A stretch of DNA of 64,000 nucleotides, from contig NC_043000.1 of assembly GCF_006345805.1 (NCBI RefSeq), forward strand, positions 57,536,001 through 57,600,000. Reading direction: 5' to 3'. How positions within the stretch are numbered: position 1 is the stretch's first letter; each line of letters begins with the position of its first letter. This stretch comes from Octopus sinensis (Eukaryota). The notes under the pieces are model-generated. The model searched no databases. It was not told the DNA's origin and worked only from the letters and a program-made list of their open reading frames with translations. Made by a program: the position numbers and the translations under genes. Positions 61,032 to 64,000 of the stretch are shown in pieces.

Positions 61032-62794
61032 CTGAAAAAGTAAAGGAAAAAAAAATGTTCAGATATTAACAACAAAACAAAGAATGTATTATTTTCCATT
61101 AAAAGTTATTTAAATAAAAATTACTCTGTAAGGAGGTGTTTCCAACTGTAGAATCATAGACCAAATCACCTCTGTGATGTGGGCACATGTTATGTTCTGT
61201 GGTTGTTGCAGCTAAGTTGGGTAGGCAAATACATAAAGAAGTGTGATTGTAACTTAGCCTTAAGTCAGTCTTGATCAAATAAGCAATTGTTCAAAGGCAT
61301 TCCAGCTGCAATCATCCCACCGTTTCTTTTTCTTTTTTTTTTGAAACAGTATTTCTAGGACTAACATATTCTTAAGTCAGTAGAGTATAATTTAAGGAAG
61401 ACTAGTTGCTATTATGACAAGTGAAGCAACCACATAGATAGGTGCTTGATTATGAATTTCAAAAGAAAGAAAAGAAATACAATAAGGAATATGAAAATAG
61501 GAGATTAAAATGCTAGACTAGTGATTGAAAGGTTATCAGATCAAATTCTAAAATCCATCACAATGGTGTGCTCCTTAAATAATTTTCAATGACAAAGAGG
61601 AGGAACAGCAGCATGATCCAAGGATTATCTTCTAACTTGGCTTCAATGCTTGCAACAGAATGGAATCCACTAAAGACAATCAAGAGCCAGGTAGCAGAGT
61701 TTAACTGGGCAACTAGCAATAACGAAAAGTTTATTTCAACAGTTTATATATATTTAGGGTGATGGGTTAACAGGATCAGTGGTGTTGGACAAAATTCTTT
61801 GGAGTCCTTACTGATTGATATAGTTTTATGTTCTGAGCTCAAATCTTGCCCAAGCCAGTGTTACTCTTTTGTCATTCACATTTGATAAAATAAGTACCTG
61901 AAAAAAGTACTGGAGATGAAATAGTTAACTAAACTCTTGATGGTGGTGCCCCAGGATGGTTACATTTCAGTGACTGAAACTAATAAAATAATATTTAGAT
62001 TTATCTTTGCAGTTTTACACCCAATTAATTTTTCTTGGTTAGCAAATGTAGGATGATATTTGATGGAGTAATTATTTTTACTGAAAAGTAGTCAATGATG
62101 AATTAGAAGTGGAATTTTGTCAATCCTGTTAGGCAAACTGAGACAAAAATTGGAACACAGTGCCTATATAAGGTTTGCACTTCATAACAATGTGCTTAGT
62201 ATTGCTGTAACTTAATCTTAAGAACCGTTCTGTTTCCATATGGAAATAATGCACACTATTCCTTTTGAACTAATATAGAAAACTAAAGAATTTATTTTTT
62301 TAAATAAATAAATAATATAAAATAAGCTTTAAATCATGTTGCTCTAAGATCAATTCCAAACTGGCTCCTTGGATAAGTAATTTCTATTAAATCCTTGAGT
62401 TATCCAATGCATTATGAATAGAATTCAGTAGACAGAAGGCCATCATATATGTGAGAGGGAGCATGTGTGAGTGTGTATATATTATTGGAGAGCGAGAGCT
62501 CACACATTGGTCTTGATTAAATATACCTTGTGGTATTTAGACCAAGTTTGATTCAAGTTCCTTTACACCATGGTGGATTTAGCTATTTAACAGAGATAAG
62601 AAACAAAAAGGTTCTGATGTTGATATAATGAAGTAAAAATATAAAACTTTGATGCCATTGTCCCAGCATGGTCACAGTCCAAAGAGATTGAAACTAATAA
62701 AATAAAAGAATGTATCTGTAAAACAAGATCACACACATCAAAACATATAAAATACTTTGCCTGATAGATCAGTAGAAACTGCCCAGTAGCTTAC

Positions 62795-62863
62795 CTTGAA
62801 CTGGAATGGATTCAGAGTATTGCCAACAATTCCAGAAGACACTAACAATACACAGTTTACAGG
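62795..62863 (-). CDS. RMC1: RMC1 coding exon, most 5' one in the window
   Basis: TTTACAG|...|GTAAGC, phase 0-0; PVNCVLLVSSGIVGNTLNPFQFK vs human PESAVILLSTTVLENVLQPFHFR. Confidence 0.88.
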
Positions 62864-62980
62864 CTGTAAATGAAGTTGACAAAGATTAAAAAGCTGATTG
62901 AAGGGACATAAATACAAGAATTTTTAAATCATGCAATTTCCTAATTATCTCCACCAGCTCCCCTAACTTTCCCTCATCAC

Positions 62981-63085
62981 TCAGTTTCACACCCCAACTT
63001 ACAGGAGTGTTCCCTACTGTATAGCCTTCAATCAGTTTCACACCCCAACTTACAGGAGTGTTCCCTACTGTATAGCCTTCAATCA
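62981..63085. repeat. Perfect 51-bp tandem duplication
   Basis: CAGTTTCACACCCCAACTTACAGGAGTGTTCCCTACTGTATAGCCTTCAAT at 62982 and 63033. Confidence 0.95.
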
Positions 63086-63254
63086 GAAGAACTGGCCATA
63101 TAATACTAAAATGGGAAATTTCAATGACACAAAGACACACAAACATATGTAAGGTTGGCCAAAATAATTACAATAGCTTAATGTTTTGTCCAGTCTAAAT
63201 CATAATTAGCCATAGCCAGGCAATAATAGTCCCTAGCTTGAATCAAGTGTTTAT

Positions 63255-63291
<37 letters not shown>

Positions 63292-64000
63292 TAATGGTAG
63301 TTTGTTGAATGAGTGCATAAAGCCAGTTTAATTACATCTCTCACTACTCCTTGTCTACTTGTAGTATTTCTCCATCAACTTTAACTTTATTTTCTACTTT
63401 CACTTGAAGCTTCAACCATCTTACACAACATTCTTGTGTTCTTCCTGCAACACTCATGATATATAGGCTAAGTTCAGTTCTCTAAGTGTTAGAATGACAT
63501 ACATGCCTAACATACATAATGGCAATACTGACTAAGTGCAGCCTTTCCATGGTTTGCTATCCAGGAGCAGGACACAGCTATTAAATACTTCATCAATAAA
63601 AGAAATAAAGATACCTCTGAGTCTCCATGTTGTGATAGAAATGTTGATCATGCTGGTGTGGTAGATATCAACCACATGGCGGCAGCTGTCCAAAAATGTA
63701 TGAGACATAACACCAAGGTTAATATCATTTACAAAGCTATCTGTATGAAGGATAGTCCTGATGGTCATACCAAGGTACACTAGAAGCAAAATATATCCAT
63801 AACTTTAAAAATAAGGAATACTGGTGGAATATTCCAACAAAAACAGCAACCTGGTGCAAAGAGGCTTGCTATAATTCTATGAGACAGTGTATAAAAATCA
63901 TGTACATGGACTGTTATAGCAGTCAGCTACCTAGTTGATGTGATGTTGTATCTAAAATTGGAGAAAACTAGAACATCTAAAGGAAATTAATGAGAAACTT

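Noticed and set aside
63532-63789. Possible CR1-like RT remnant or further RMC1 exon
   Set aside because: Only a faint LGV motif and no match to the expected upstream RMC1 peptide; too weak to call.

Overview
AT-rich eukaryotic genomic DNA. The repeat content (tRNA-derived SINEs, RTE LINE tails ending in (GAT)n, long TA/CA microsatellites) suggests a cephalopod such as Octopus; this is an inference. Genes: ten in-phase coding exons (311 codons, all GT-AG introns) of RMC1/C18orf8 on the minus strand between 62863 and 32815. Its 5' exons lie beyond the window and I could not find its 3' exons by eye. A single-exon 304-aa CECR6/TMEM121-family membrane-protein ORF lies on the plus strand (26063-26977). 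The rest is mostly transposon debris: a Penelope-like (PLE) GIY-YIG fragment with an inverted pseudo-LTR, CR1-like, RTE and R4/Dong-like LINE fragments, a mariner, two Helitrons, several MITE families and many SINEs. Most notable signals: (i) hammerhead-ribozyme-like motifs, namely a variant-core copy in each arm of the inverted PLE pseudo-LTR and a tRNA-headed SINE carrying a hammerhead core; (ii) a set of fold-back palindromes in TA microsatellite fields that may be by-products of the same retroelement system; (iii) a chimeric 1.5-kb RTE tandem duplication with a mappable crossover window. TE boundaries are approximate unless termini are quoted. The ribozyme folds were done by hand and are untested. 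The first ~8 kb looks indel-rich, so assembly error is possible there.
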